The notes under the pieces are model-generated. The model made no database searches, was not told the origin of the DNA, and was given only the letters and a program-made list of their open reading frames with translations. From contig NZ_LN831024.1 in NCBI RefSeq assembly GCF_001457615.1, forward strand, positions 5,160,001 through 5,192,000: a stretch of 32,000 nt of DNA, in the 5' to 3' direction. Source of the stretch: Pseudomonas aeruginosa (lineage in GTDB: Bacteria; Pseudomonadota; Gammaproteobacteria; Pseudomonadales; Pseudomonadaceae). This document shows positions 9,418 through 19,774 of the stretch, in pieces; positions within the stretch are counted from its first letter, which is position 1; every line of letters begins with the position of its first letter. The translations under genes were made by a program, and so were the position numbers.

Positions 9418-10563
9418 ATGAAAATGCTGAAGCGCTTTATCGTGAAGAAGAACGAACGCGGCCTGCTGTATTCCGAAGGCGACTTCTTCGCCGTGCTCGA
9501 ACCGGGCACCTACCGCCGCTTCGATCCGTACGACCGCCTGAGCCTGGAAAGCTTCAGCCTGAACACCCCGCAGTTCGAACACCGCCTGGCCGGCTACCTG
9601 CGGCAGAGCGAACCGCAACTGGTGGAGCGCTACTTCACCCGGATGGACCTGGGCGACAACGAGGCCGGCCTGCGCTACGAGGACGGCGTGCTGGTGGAGC
9701 TGCTCGCACCGGGCAGCCGCCGACTGTACTGGAAAGGCCAGACCGAGCAGCGCCTGGAGCGCATCGACCTGACCCAGGACTATCGATTGTCCGCCGCGCT
9801 GGTCGCCCAGTTGCACCAGCCGAACCTGCGCGACCGCGCCCTGGCGGGCCTGGACGCAGTGTTGCTGGTCCAGGTGCCGGCGTTCCAGGTCGGCGTGCTC
9901 AAGGTCGACGGCGCCCTTGCCGGCCTGCTGCAAGCCGGACAATACGGTTTCTGGCGCTACAACCGGCAAGTCAGCGTGGAACTGGTCGACACCCGTATCC
10001 AGGCGCTGGAGGTCAGCGGCCAGGAGATCCTCACCCGCGACAAGGTCAGCCTGCGCCTGAACCTCGCCGCCAATTGGCGCTACAGCGACGTGCTCACCGC
10101 CTTCTCGCGGCTGAGCAAACCGCTGGAGTATCTGTACCGCGAACTGCAGTTCGGCCTGCGGGCGGCAGTGGGCACCCGTACCCTCGACGAACTGCTGGAG
10201 AACAAGCAGTCGATCGACGAAGCGGTCAGCGCCCACCTGGCCGCCAAGCTGGAAGACAGCGGCCTGGAAGTGAGCGGCCTGGGCGTACGCGACATCATCC
10301 TCCCGGGCGAAATGAAGACCCTGCTGGCGCAGGTGGTGGAGGCGGAGAAGGCGGCCCAGGCCAATGTGATCCGCCGCCGCGAGGAAACCTCGGCGACCCG
10401 CTCGCTGCTGAATACCGCGAAGGTCATGGAGGAAAACCCGACCGCGCTGCGTCTGAAGGAACTGGAAACCCTGGAGCGGGTGGCCGAGCGCATCGACCGG
10501 ATTTCGGTATTCGGTGGCCTGGACCAGGTATTGAACGGACTGGTCACGCTGAAGCAGGCCTGA
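9418..10563 (+). CDS. slipin / SPFH (stomatin-prohibitin) domain protein of the RNA-repair operon
   Basis: MKMLKRFIVKKNERGLLYSEGDFFAVLEPGTYRRFDPYD...AANWRYSDVLTAFSRLSKPLEYLYRELQFGLRAAVGTRTLDELLENKQSIDEAVSAHLAAKLEDSGLEVSGLGVRDIILPGEMKTLLAQVVEAEKAAQANVIRRREETSATRSLLNTAKVMEENP; GAAAGGAA Shine-Dalgarno-like sequence upstream. Confidence 0.92.
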   Translation: MKMLKRFIVKKNERGLLYSEGDFFAVLEPGTYRRFDPYDRLSLESFSLNTPQFEHRLAGYLRQSEPQLVERYFTRMDLGDNEAGLRYEDGVLVELLAPGSRRLYWKGQTEQRLERIDLTQDYRLSAALVAQLHQPNLRDRALAGLDAVLLVQVPAFQVGVLKVDGALAGLLQAGQYGFWRYNRQVSVELVDTRIQALEVSGQEILTRDKVSLRLNLAANWRYSDVLTAFSRLSKPLEYLYRELQFGLRAAVGTRTLDELLENKQSIDEAVSAHLAAKLEDSGLEVSGLGVRDIILPGEMKTLLAQVVEAEKAAQANVIRRREETSATRSLLNTAKVMEENPTALRLKELETLERVAERIDRISVFGGLDQVLNGLVTLKQA

Positions 10564-10618
10564 TCACGAACGATAGCCGCGCCGTCGACAAGACGGCGCG
10601 GAGCACAAGGAAAGCACG

Positions 10619-11833
10619 ATGAAAGACATGAATATCCTCGAAGTGGCCGGCGGCAAGCCGATCAAGCTCTGGACCCAGGGCGTCCCGGTGGAGGAGGAAG
10701 CGCGCCAGCAGTTGCTGAACACGGCGAAGATGCCCTTCATCTTCAAGCACCTGGCGGTGATGCCTGACGTACACCTGGGCAAGGGCTCGACCATCGGTAG
10801 CGTGATCCCTACCCTCGGCGCGATCATCCCGGCCGCGGTGGGCGTGGATATCGGCTGCGGAATGATCGCCGCGCGCACCTCGCTGGTCGCCGCCGACCTG
10901 CCGGACAACCTGCACGGCCTGCGCAGCGCCATCGAGCAGGCGGTACCCCACGGCAAGACCTTCGGCCGCCGCGACCGCGGCGCCTGGCACGAGGTACCGG
11001 AGGCCACCGACCAGGCATGGAAGGCGCTCGCCGGTCGCTTCAAGGCGATCACCGACAAGCACCCGAGGCTGGAGAAGACCAACAACCGCCAGCACCTGGG
11101 AACCCTCGGCACCGGCAACCACTTCATCGAGGTCTGCCTGGACGAGGCCGACCGCGTCTGGTTCATGCTGCACAGCGGTTCGCGCGGGGTCGGCAACGCC
11201 ATCGGCAACCTGTTCATCGAACTGGCCAAGGCGGACATGCGCCAGCACATCGCCAACCTGCCGGACAAGGACCTGGCCTACTTCGAGGAAGGCAGCCGGC
11301 ACTTCGACGACTACGTGGAAGCGGTCGGCTGGGCCCAGGATTTCGCCCGGCAGAACCGCGCGCTGATGATGCACGCGGTGATCGAGGCGGCGCGCCAGGT
11401 GATCCGCAAGCCGTTCGAAGCCAACCTGGAGGCGGTCGATTGCCACCACAACTACGTGCAGAAGGAGCGCCACTTCGGCCAGGAGGTACTGGTCACCCGC
11501 AAAGGCGCGGTGTCCGCGCAGAAGGGCCAGCTCGGCATCATTCCCGGCTCGATGGGGGCGAAGAGCTTCATCGTCCGCGGCCTCGGCAACCAGGAAGCGT
11601 TCTGCTCGTGCAGCCACGGCGCCGGGCGGACCATGAGCCGGACCAAGGCGAAGAAGGTCTTCAGCGTCGCCGACCAGGCCCGCGCCACCGCCCACGTCGA
11701 ATGCCGCAAGGACGCCGACGTGATCGACGAGATCCCGATGGCCTACAAGGACATCGACCGGGTCATGGAAGCCCAGCGCGAGCTGGTGGAAGTGCTGCAC
11801 ACCCTGCGTCAGGTGGTGTGCGTGAAAGGATGA
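10619..11833 (+). CDS. rtcB: RtcB tRNA-splicing/RNA-repair ligase
   Basis: 404 aa with AVGVDIGCGMIAARTS, LGTLGTGNHFIEV, HSGSRGVGNAIGN, GAKSFIVRG, CSHGAGRTMSRTKAKK motifs. Confidence 0.97.
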   Translation: MKDMNILEVAGGKPIKLWTQGVPVEEEARQQLLNTAKMPFIFKHLAVMPDVHLGKGSTIGSVIPTLGAIIPAAVGVDIGCGMIAARTSLVAADLPDNLHGLRSAIEQAVPHGKTFGRRDRGAWHEVPEATDQAWKALAGRFKAITDKHPRLEKTNNRQHLGTLGTGNHFIEVCLDEADRVWFMLHSGSRGVGNAIGNLFIELAKADMRQHIANLPDKDLAYFEEGSRHFDDYVEAVGWAQDFARQNRALMMHAVIEAARQVIRKPFEANLEAVDCHHNYVQKERHFGQEVLVTRKGAVSAQKGQLGIIPGSMGAKSFIVRGLGNQEAFCSCSHGAGRTMSRTKAKKVFSVADQARATAHVECRKDADVIDEIPMAYKDIDRVMEAQRELVEVLHTLRQVVCVKG

Positions 11834-11869
11834 CGGGCGCCCTGTGGCGCCCGCTGGGGAAGAATCGAA

Positions 11870-12682
11870 ATGAACAGGGAAGAACGCCATCCGCTCCCCG
11901 CCGCCATGCGCGAGCGGGTACTGGATGAGCTGGAACGGATCGAACGCGAGCACGACGTAGTCGTGCTCTACGCCTGCGAGTCGGGCAGCCGGGCCTGGGG
12001 CTTCGCTTCGCCGGACAGCGACTACGACGTACGCTTCGTCTATGTGCATCAGCCCGAGTGGTATCAGCGCGTCGAGGAACCTCGCGACGTGATAGAACGC
12101 CCGCTGAGCGACGAGCTGGACATCAGCGGCTGGGAGCTGCGCAAGGCGTTGCGCCTGATGCGCAAATCCAACCCGGCCCTGCTGGAGTGGCTCGGCTCGC
12201 CGCTGGTGTATCGGGAAGAGCCTGGCGTGCGCGAGGAACTGCTCTGGCTGGGCAACGCCTTTCACTCCGTACCTGGCAGCCGCCATCACTACCTGTCGAT
12301 GGCACGCAAGAACTACCGCGGCTACCTGAAGGGCGACAGCGTCCGGCTGAAGAAATACCTCTACGTCCTGCGCCCGTTGTTCGCGGTGCGTTGGCTGGAT
12401 GCAGGCCTGGGCTTGCCGCCGGTGGCGTTCGAGAGGCTAGTGGAAGCCACACTGGACGACCCGTCGCTGCGCGAAGAGCTGGATGCCCTGCTGAGCCTCA
12501 AGCGTCAGCGCGACGAATCGGCCTACGGCCCTCCGCGCCTGGCGCTGCAACGCTTCATCGAAGCGGAGTTGCTCCAGGCCGAACGAGGGGCCGCCCAACC
12601 AACCGGCGCGCGCCAGGACAGCCGACTGCTGGATCGCTACCTCCACGACAAGATATGGCAATACACAAGGGAAACCTCATGA
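11870..12682 (+). CDS. RlaP-like (DNA polymerase beta superfamily) nucleotidyltransferase
   Basis: YACESGSRAWGFASPDSDYDVRFVYVH, the GSRAxG(x)DSDxD nucleotidyltransferase signature; stop overlaps the rtcA start (ATGA, 12679-12682). Confidence 0.9.
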   Translation: MNREERHPLPAAMRERVLDELERIEREHDVVVLYACESGSRAWGFASPDSDYDVRFVYVHQPEWYQRVEEPRDVIERPLSDELDISGWELRKALRLMRKSNPALLEWLGSPLVYREEPGVREELLWLGNAFHSVPGSRHHYLSMARKNYRGYLKGDSVRLKKYLYVLRPLFAVRWLDAGLGLPPVAFERLVEATLDDPSLREELDALLSLKRQRDESAYGPPRLALQRFIEAELLQAERGAAQPTGARQDSRLLDRYLHDKIWQYTRETS

Positions 12683-13704
12683 GAAAGGACCTCATCGAAC
12701 TCGACGGCAGCGAAGGTGGCGGGCAGATCCTGCGTAGCGCCCTGAGCCTGTCGATGACCAGCGGCCAGCCGCTGCGCATCCGCAACATCCGTGGCCGGCG
12801 CAGCCGTCCGGGGCTGCTGCGGCAGCACCTCACCGCGGTGCGCGCGGCGGCGGAAATCTGCGCGGCCGAGGTCGAGGGTGCCGAGCTCGGCTCACGCGAG
12901 CTGGCGTTCCGGCCCGGTGCGATCCGCGCCGGCGACTACGCCTTCGCCATCGGCTCCGCCGGCAGTTGCTCGCTGGTACTGCAAACCCTGCTGCCGGCGC
13001 TGCTCGCGGCCAACGGCGAAAGCCGGGTGAGGATCAGCGGCGGCACCCACAATCCACTGGCGCCGCCGGCGGACTTTCTCCGCGACAGCTGGCTGCCGCT
13101 GTTGCAGCGGATGGGCGCGGAAGTCGACCTGGAACTGCTGCGCCACGGCTTCGTACCCGCCGGCGGTGGCGAGCTGCTGGCGCGGGTACGCCCGGCACGC
13201 TGGCGGCCGCTGCAACTGGAGCATCCCGGCGCGGCGCTGCGGCGCCAGGCGCGGGCGCTGCTCGCCGGGATTCCCGGGCACGTCGGCGAGCGTGAGCTGG
13301 AGAGGGTCCGCCAGCGCCTCGGTTGGAGCGACGAAGAACGCCAGCTGGAGTTCCTCGCGGAGGACCAGGGGCCGGGCAACGCCCTGCTGCTGCGGATCGA
13401 CTGCGAGCACATCTGCGCGACCTTCTGCGCCTTCGGCCAGGCCGGCGTCAGCGCCGAACGGGTGGCGGAACAGGTCGCGACGCAAGCCATCGGCTGGATG
13501 GAAAGCGGCTGCGCGGCGGACGAGCACCTCGCCGACCAATTGCTGCTGCCCATGGCCCTGGCCGGCGCCGGCAGCTTCACCACGCCGCGGCTGAGCGCCC
13601 ATCCGCAAAGCAACCGCCGGGTTATCGAACGCTTCCTGCCGGTGAGGATCGGCGACCAGGCGCTGGACGGCGGCGGTCATCGCATCGTCATCACATCGGC
13701 TTGA
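12679..13704 (+). CDS. rtcA: RtcA RNA 3'-terminal phosphate cyclase
   Basis: MRKDLIELDGSEGGGQILRSALSLSMTSGQPLRIRNIRGRRSRPGLLRQHLTAVRAA...; true start at 12679, not the 12058 start of the ORF track. Confidence 0.96.
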   Translation: MRKDLIELDGSEGGGQILRSALSLSMTSGQPLRIRNIRGRRSRPGLLRQHLTAVRAAAEICAAEVEGAELGSRELAFRPGAIRAGDYAFAIGSAGSCSLVLQTLLPALLAANGESRVRISGGTHNPLAPPADFLRDSWLPLLQRMGAEVDLELLRHGFVPAGGGELLARVRPARWRPLQLEHPGAALRRQARALLAGIPGHVGERELERVRQRLGWSDEERQLEFLAEDQGPGNALLLRIDCEHICATFCAFGQAGVSAERVAEQVATQAIGWMESGCAADEHLADQLLLPMALAGAGSFTTPRLSAHPQSNRRVIERFLPVRIGDQALDGGGHRIVITSA

Positions 13705-13805
13705 CGAATTCCTCACCAATGCCGACCTAGACTCGCGCCGGACCTGCCAGCGGGCCCGGCGCGAATCTCCGGGAGCCCCATCCCGGCGGTCGAGGAGTCC
13801 CGGCC

Positions 13806-14183
13806 ATGTCTTCTTCGCGTCTCGGCGTGCTTGTCCTCGCCCTGATCCTGCTCACCGCCACCCTGCTCGGCGGCTGCGAAAGCACCCACCAGTACCTGCT
13901 CGCCAAGGGCTACCCGCCCGCCTATGCCGACGGTTTCGACGATGGCTGCGGTAGCGGCCGCCAGGCGGCCGGCTCGATCAGCGGCGAATTCCGCAAGGAC
14001 GTCCCCCGCTACCTGCGTGAGGCGATCTACGCCAGCGGCTGGGGCGACGGCTTCGAGCAATGCCGGTCGATGGCGCGGAGCGAAGAGCGGCGGCGTTTCG
14101 AGGAGCGCCAGTGGGACGACCGCGACGACGATTGGCAGCGCGACCGCGACCGCGCGTTGGCCCGGGCCTTGCGCGAGCGCTGA
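13806..14183 (+). CDS. small predicted lipoprotein
   Basis: 125 aa with LVLALILLTATLLGGC lipobox and repeated DGF/DGFE segments. Confidence 0.75.
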   Translation: MSSSRLGVLVLALILLTATLLGGCESTHQYLLAKGYPPAYADGFDDGCGSGRQAAGSISGEFRKDVPRYLREAIYASGWGDGFEQCRSMARSEERRRFEERQWDDRDDDWQRDRDRALARALRER

Positions 14184-14225
14184 AGCACGCTGCGACAACC
14201 ATCCGCAGCACCGATCCCGGTGCGC

Positions 14226-14239
14226 TTGATCCACGTCAA
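14226..14239 (+). promoter_or_regulatory. ANR/DNR (FNR-type) box upstream of ccpR
   Basis: TTGAT-CCAC-GTCAA versus TTGAT-N4-ATCAA consensus, 67 nt upstream of the ccpR start; ccpR is a microaerobic/anaerobic gene. Confidence 0.75.
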
Positions 14240-14306
14240 GCCGAGCAGCGCGCCGCTGGCCTCTCCTCACAGGACCGGTTGTAACGCCTGATAAGGAGAA
14301 AAAAAG

Positions 14307-15347
14307 ATGCAGTCCTCGCAACTGCTCCCGCTTGGCAGCCTGTTGCTGTCGTTCGCCACGCCCCTCGCCCAGGCCGATGCCCTGCACGACCAGGCCAGCG
14401 CGCTGTTCAAACCCATCCCCGAGCAGGTCACCGAGCTACGCGGCCAGCCCATCAGCGAGCAACAGCGCGAACTCGGCAAGAAACTGTTCTTCGACCCGCG
14501 CCTGTCACGCAGCCATGTGCTCAGCTGCAACACCTGCCACAACGTCGGCACCGGCGGCGCCGACAACGTACCGACGTCGGTCGGTCACGGCTGGCAGAAG
14601 GGGCCACGCAATTCACCGACGGTCTTCAACGCCGTGTTCAATGCCGCGCAGTTCTGGGATGGCCGCGCCAAGGACCTGGGGGAGCAGGCCAAGGGTCCGA
14701 TCCAGAACAGCGTCGAGATGCACAGTACCCCGCAGTTGGTCGAACAGACCCTGGGCAGCATCCCGGAATACGTGGACGCCTTCCGCAAGGCCTTCCCCAA
14801 GGCCGGCAAGCCGGTCAGCTTCGACAACGTGGCGCTGGCCATCGAGGCCTACGAGGCGACCCTGGTGACTCCGGACTCGCCCTTCGACCTGTATCTCAAG
14901 GGCGACGACAAGGCCCTCGACGCACAGCAGAAGAAAGGCCTCAAGGCATTCATGGACAGTGGCTGCAGCGCCTGCCACAACGGCATCAACCTGGGCGGCC
15001 AGGCCTACTTCCCGTTCGGCCTGGTGAAGAAGCCCGACGCCAGCGTGCTGCCCAGCGGCGACAAGGGCCGCTTCGCCGTGACCAAGACCCAGAGCGACGA
15101 GTACGTATTCCGCGCCGCGCCCCTGCGCAACGTCGCCCTCACCGCGCCGTACTTCCACAGCGGCCAGGTCTGGGAACTCAAGGACGCGGTGGCGATCATG
15201 GGCAACGCCCAGCTCGGCAAGCAGTTGGCGCCGGACGACGTGGAGAACATCGTCGCCTTCCTGCACAGCCTGAGCGGCAAGCAGCCGCGCGTCGAATATC
15301 CGCTGCTGCCGGCCAGCACGGAGACCACGCCGCGTCCCGCGGAATAA
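14307..15347 (+). CDS. ccpR: Cytochrome c551 peroxidase
   Basis: Signal peptide and two c-type haem motifs CNTCH and CSACH; GKKLFFDPRLSRSHVLSCNTCHNVGTGG; FNAVFNAAQFWDGRAKDLGEQAKGPI. Confidence 0.96.
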   Translation: MQSSQLLPLGSLLLSFATPLAQADALHDQASALFKPIPEQVTELRGQPISEQQRELGKKLFFDPRLSRSHVLSCNTCHNVGTGGADNVPTSVGHGWQKGPRNSPTVFNAVFNAAQFWDGRAKDLGEQAKGPIQNSVEMHSTPQLVEQTLGSIPEYVDAFRKAFPKAGKPVSFDNVALAIEAYEATLVTPDSPFDLYLKGDDKALDAQQKKGLKAFMDSGCSACHNGINLGGQAYFPFGLVKKPDASVLPSGDKGRFAVTKTQSDEYVFRAAPLRNVALTAPYFHSGQVWELKDAVAIMGNAQLGKQLAPDDVENIVAFLHSLSGKQPRVEYPLLPASTETTPRPAE

Positions 15348-15356
15348 CCGCCACAA

Positions 15357-15391
15357 GGAAAAACGGGGCTCCCCTGGAGCCCCGTTTTTCC
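15357..15391. terminator. bidirectional intrinsic terminator between ccpR and gdhA
   Basis: Perfect 16-bp inverted repeat GGAAAAACGGGGCTCC-CCT-GGAGCCCCGTTTTTCC, with T5 on either strand's 3' side. Confidence 0.95.
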
Positions 15392-15405
15392 TCTATGGGA
15401 CGACC

Positions 15406-16758
<1,353 letters not shown>

Positions 16759-16988
16759 CTAGTTTTGTGAACAATTTTTTGCGCGTGACTCTAACAAGCC
16801 AGGCGGCACCTAGAAAGTGCGAAATGACGCATTGATGAATCTTTATGGTGCAAAACTGAAACTTTCCGGGTCCGCCAGAACGGCTCGGGCCAGAGCACGC
16901 GCCCGGAACCAGGCTGCCTCCCGGGCTGGCCACGCACTGTTGAAGGGCGACGAAAGCACCGTTCGCGTGCATCCCGGCGCCAGATGCG

Positions 16989-17018
16989 AAAGGGCCTCCG
17001 CCGCCAGGGGGAGGCCCT
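16989..17018 (-). terminator. hairpin terminator of the FadL-family gene
   Basis: AAGGGCCTCC ... GGAGGCCCTT, perfect 10-bp arms, 20 nt past the stop at 17039; TTTC follows on the minus strand. Confidence 0.7.
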
Positions 17019-17038
17019 TCCTCTACCTACGGCCGGGT

Positions 17039-18475
17039 CTAGAAGTCGTAGGTCGCGGACAGGCTGAACACCTGTCCCTTGCTGGTTGCCCTGCCATCCA
17101 GGCGTCCGCCGCCCAGGCGATCCTGGTTGACCGTCTTCAACGGCACCTCCTTGACGAACTGCCGCGAGTAGGCCGCGTCGATCGACAACTCCGGCATCGA
17201 CTGGAAGCGATAGCCGGCGCCCAGGGAGGCGAAGTAGCGATCGCCGTCGGGAATCCGCGGGTCGCGGGTGGCATTGTGGGTCGGCGTCTGGTCGTAGGCG
17301 ACCCCGGCGCGCATGGTCCACTGGTCGGTCACCTTGTAGTCGCCGCCCACCGCCAGGGTCCAGGTGTTCCGGTAGGTGTAGGGAATGGAGACGATCGTGT
17401 TGCCGTGGGACTTGAGGGTCAGGTCCTGGAACGACGACCACTCGGTCCAGGTGGCGCTGGCGCCCAGGCTCAGACGGTCGTTGAACTGGTGTACCCAATC
17501 CAGCGAGGCGTAGGCGGGGATATCCAGGCGCGCCGAGGCGGAAGCGCCCATGCGCAGGTCCAAGCCCGGATAGGCCAGGCCCGGGGTGCCGCCCTCGATG
17601 GCGCCCTCGGTCAGTCCACCGTCGTGGTCGTAGAGGTTGTAGTGCCCCTTCAGCTTGTTGCGGATCTTCGCGTGGTAGGCGAAGCCCAGGGTGTCGCGGT
17701 CGGTCGGCTTCCACACCGCGCCGGCGAAGAAGCCGGGCGAGGTGTTGTCCACCTTGACCCGCATCAGCGCGGACGAGTTCGAGGCCGGGAACGGAATCCC
17801 GCCCATGCCCGGGGAGTTGGCGGCCGAGGCATAGAGATCGAGGTTCTGGCTGACGAAGCCGGAGGTGCGCTGGATGATCACCCCGGCGCCCAGGGAGAAG
17901 TTGTCGTTGACCTTGAACGACAGGGAGCCGGTCAGGCCGATCGTCTCGATCTTGGTGTCCACCGCGAAATCGCGGCCTTTCCAGTTCGGGTCCCAGGTGC
18001 TGCGCATTCCCATCGGAACGACCTGGCTCAGACCGAAGGCGAAGCGGTCGTTGATCGGTACGACCAGGAAGCCGGTCGGCAGCCACGCGCCGAATCCGGC
18101 CTGGCCGCCATCGTTGGTACCCAGCTCGGGGGTGCCCGGCCCGTCCTGGTAGCCGCCGGTCATGGGATTACCCTGGTAGTCGTAGGCATCGCCGTTGTAC
18201 TTGATGTCGATATCGGCGTAGTTGACCGTCAACTGGGCGATCCGCTTGTCGATGAACGCCATGGCCGCCGGGTTGTTGAACGCGGCGCTCGGATCGTTGG
18301 GAAACAGCGAGCCGCCTGCCATCGCACGGCCCCAGCCCGCCGTGTTGGTGGTCGGCACCATGAAGCCGCCGGCTTGCGCCTGGGACGTGCCGAACAGTCC
18401 GCCGACGATCAGGGCGCAGAGCAATGGCAATGGTTTTCTGGCAAACAGGCAGGAAATATCGTTTTTGTTGTTCAA
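17039..18475 (-). CDS. FadL-family outer-membrane transporter (long-chain fatty acid/hydrocarbon type)
   Basis: AQAGGFMVPTTNTAGWGRAMAGGSLFPNDPSAAFNNPAAMAFI signature and C-terminal LSATYDF. Confidence 0.92.
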   Translation of the reverse strand: MNNKNDISCLFARKPLPLLCALIVGGLFGTSQAQAGGFMVPTTNTAGWGRAMAGGSLFPNDPSAAFNNPAAMAFIDKRIAQLTVNYADIDIKYNGDAYDYQGNPMTGGYQDGPGTPELGTNDGGQAGFGAWLPTGFLVVPINDRFAFGLSQVVPMGMRSTWDPNWKGRDFAVDTKIETIGLTGSLSFKVNDNFSLGAGVIIQRTSGFVSQNLDLYASAANSPGMGGIPFPASNSSALMRVKVDNTSPGFFAGAVWKPTDRDTLGFAYHAKIRNKLKGHYNLYDHDGGLTEGAIEGGTPGLAYPGLDLRMGASASARLDIPAYASLDWVHQFNDRLSLGASATWTEWSSFQDLTLKSHGNTIVSIPYTYRNTWTLAVGGDYKVTDQWTMRAGVAYDQTPTHNATRDPRIPDGDRYFASLGAGYRFQSMPELSIDAAYSRQFVKEVPLKTVNQDRLGGGRLDGRATSKGQVFSLSATYDF

Positions 18476-18655
18476 GGTTTCACCCCTGGTGGACTGCTAG
18501 TGCACGGGGCACGATGGTCGGCCTGCTTGAGCGTCCTGGCGGACACCCTCCCCCAGACCGTTTTCCATGTGCGAACGAGATTCTGCGCCGCTTCCGGCGG
18601 AAACTCCCTCGGACCTGCCGGCCCGCGAAGGACGCCTGGCAGCGGGAGCGCGAAA

Positions 18656-18680
18656 CCGCTGGCGCCGAGGGCGCCAGCGG
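18656..18680 (-). terminator. hairpin terminator of pra
   Basis: CCGCTGGCGCC-GAG-GGCGCCAGCGG (perfect 11 bp), about 10 nt downstream of the stop at 18690, followed by TTTC on the minus strand. Confidence 0.75.
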
Positions 18681-18689
18681 CAGCCCGGA

Positions 18690-19178
18690 TTACGGGTTGA
18701 CTACGAAGGCCGGGGTCGGCTTCACGCTCAGGCTGTTGATCTTGCAGTTGCCTGCCAGCGACTGATTGCTGGCGCTGAGGGTATTGGTGGCGTTGCTCCA
18801 GGAACCGTTGACGGTGCTCGGGCCACAGGTAGAGGAGAGAATCTTGAAGCCGACGCCATCGACCTTGCCGGCAGTGGTGCTGGAAACGGTCAGCTTCCAC
18901 GGCAGGCCGGTCATCTGCGGCACGCTGCACAGGGTGTTGCTGCCGCTGACGGTGACGCTGTCGATCGAGGCATAGGAACCATCGGCGGCGGTCTTGCCCT
19001 TGAAGGTGATGTTGCAGGTCACTGGCAGATTGAGCGACGCCGGCGAGCTCACGCTGATGGTGCCAGGTGCGGTGAAGGCCGAGTTGACCGGGGTGATGGT
19101 GGCCGCGCTGGCCATGGACGAAACGCTCAGGCAGAGAGCAAGAGCAGCAAAGGACGGCAGGGACTTGATGGATTTCAT
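18690..19178 (-). CDS. pra: Pra (PA activator) secreted protein
   Basis: MKSIKSLPSFAALALCLSVSSMASAATITPVNSAFTAPGTISVSSPASLNLPVTCNITFKGK...; recognised as P. aeruginosa pra by sequence and position; true start 19178, not the ORF-track start. Confidence 0.85.
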   Translation of the reverse strand: MKSIKSLPSFAALALCLSVSSMASAATITPVNSAFTAPGTISVSSPASLNLPVTCNITFKGKTAADGSYASIDSVTVSGSNTLCSVPQMTGLPWKLTVSSTTAGKVDGVGFKILSSTCGPSTVNGSWSNATNTLSASNQSLAGNCKINSLSVKPTPAFVVNP

Positions 19179-19774
19179 TGTTTTGTATCCTTCCAGTGAG
19201 TTGGCAACGCTCGCGGTTGCCGAGCCTTGATCATGCGGCAGGATCGTCGCCGACCCGCCCCCACGACCACCTTGTGCCTTCCCGTCCGATCCACCTGCCA
19301 GGCGAACCACACCACCCGCCTTGGCCGTGCGTACCGGGATCGGGAGAGGCTTTACCTCATGAGTCCTATCCGGTGCCGACGCTGACGGTCCCCACGACGA
19401 GCCGGGACAGACCGGATATCGGAAAGATCCGATAGGGTTTGCCAACCCGCCGCGCCTCGAGATGCCCACCTGGCCGAACTCCGCGAACGCAGGCCTGACA
19501 GGGCTGGCAATCACCACGAAGGGGCAGTGGACCAGTCAACGACGGGAGCCAGAGTACGGTCAGCGCGGCTCTGGAAAAGCCTAGCGAAAGAAGGGGGTTG
19601 CCCCTCCGAAGGAAGGTCGGTGAATGCCGTGGAGGGCGGACGAAGCGTCGTCGCGAAGGAATCCTGATACCTCTGTCAACATCCGCGTCGGGAAGAAACG
19701 CACCATGACGGGGCGTACCTACCAGAATTGGCAGCTCGCGAAGCCACCCAGCCAACCCAAAGTTAGGTTGCCAA

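Noticed and set aside
10544-12289. 581-aa minus-strand ORF opposite rtcB and the nucleotidyltransferase
   Set aside because: Antisense artefact; the plus strand encodes diagnostic RtcB and nucleotidyltransferase motifs.
12058-12678. N-terminal extension of rtcA
   Set aside because: It overlaps the nucleotidyltransferase gene out of frame; the RtcA homology starts exactly at MRKDLIELDGSEGGGQ (12679).
16817-18700. 627-aa plus-strand ORF opposite the FadL-family gene
   Set aside because: Antisense artefact; Gly/Ala/Arg/His-rich low-information translation with no domain.
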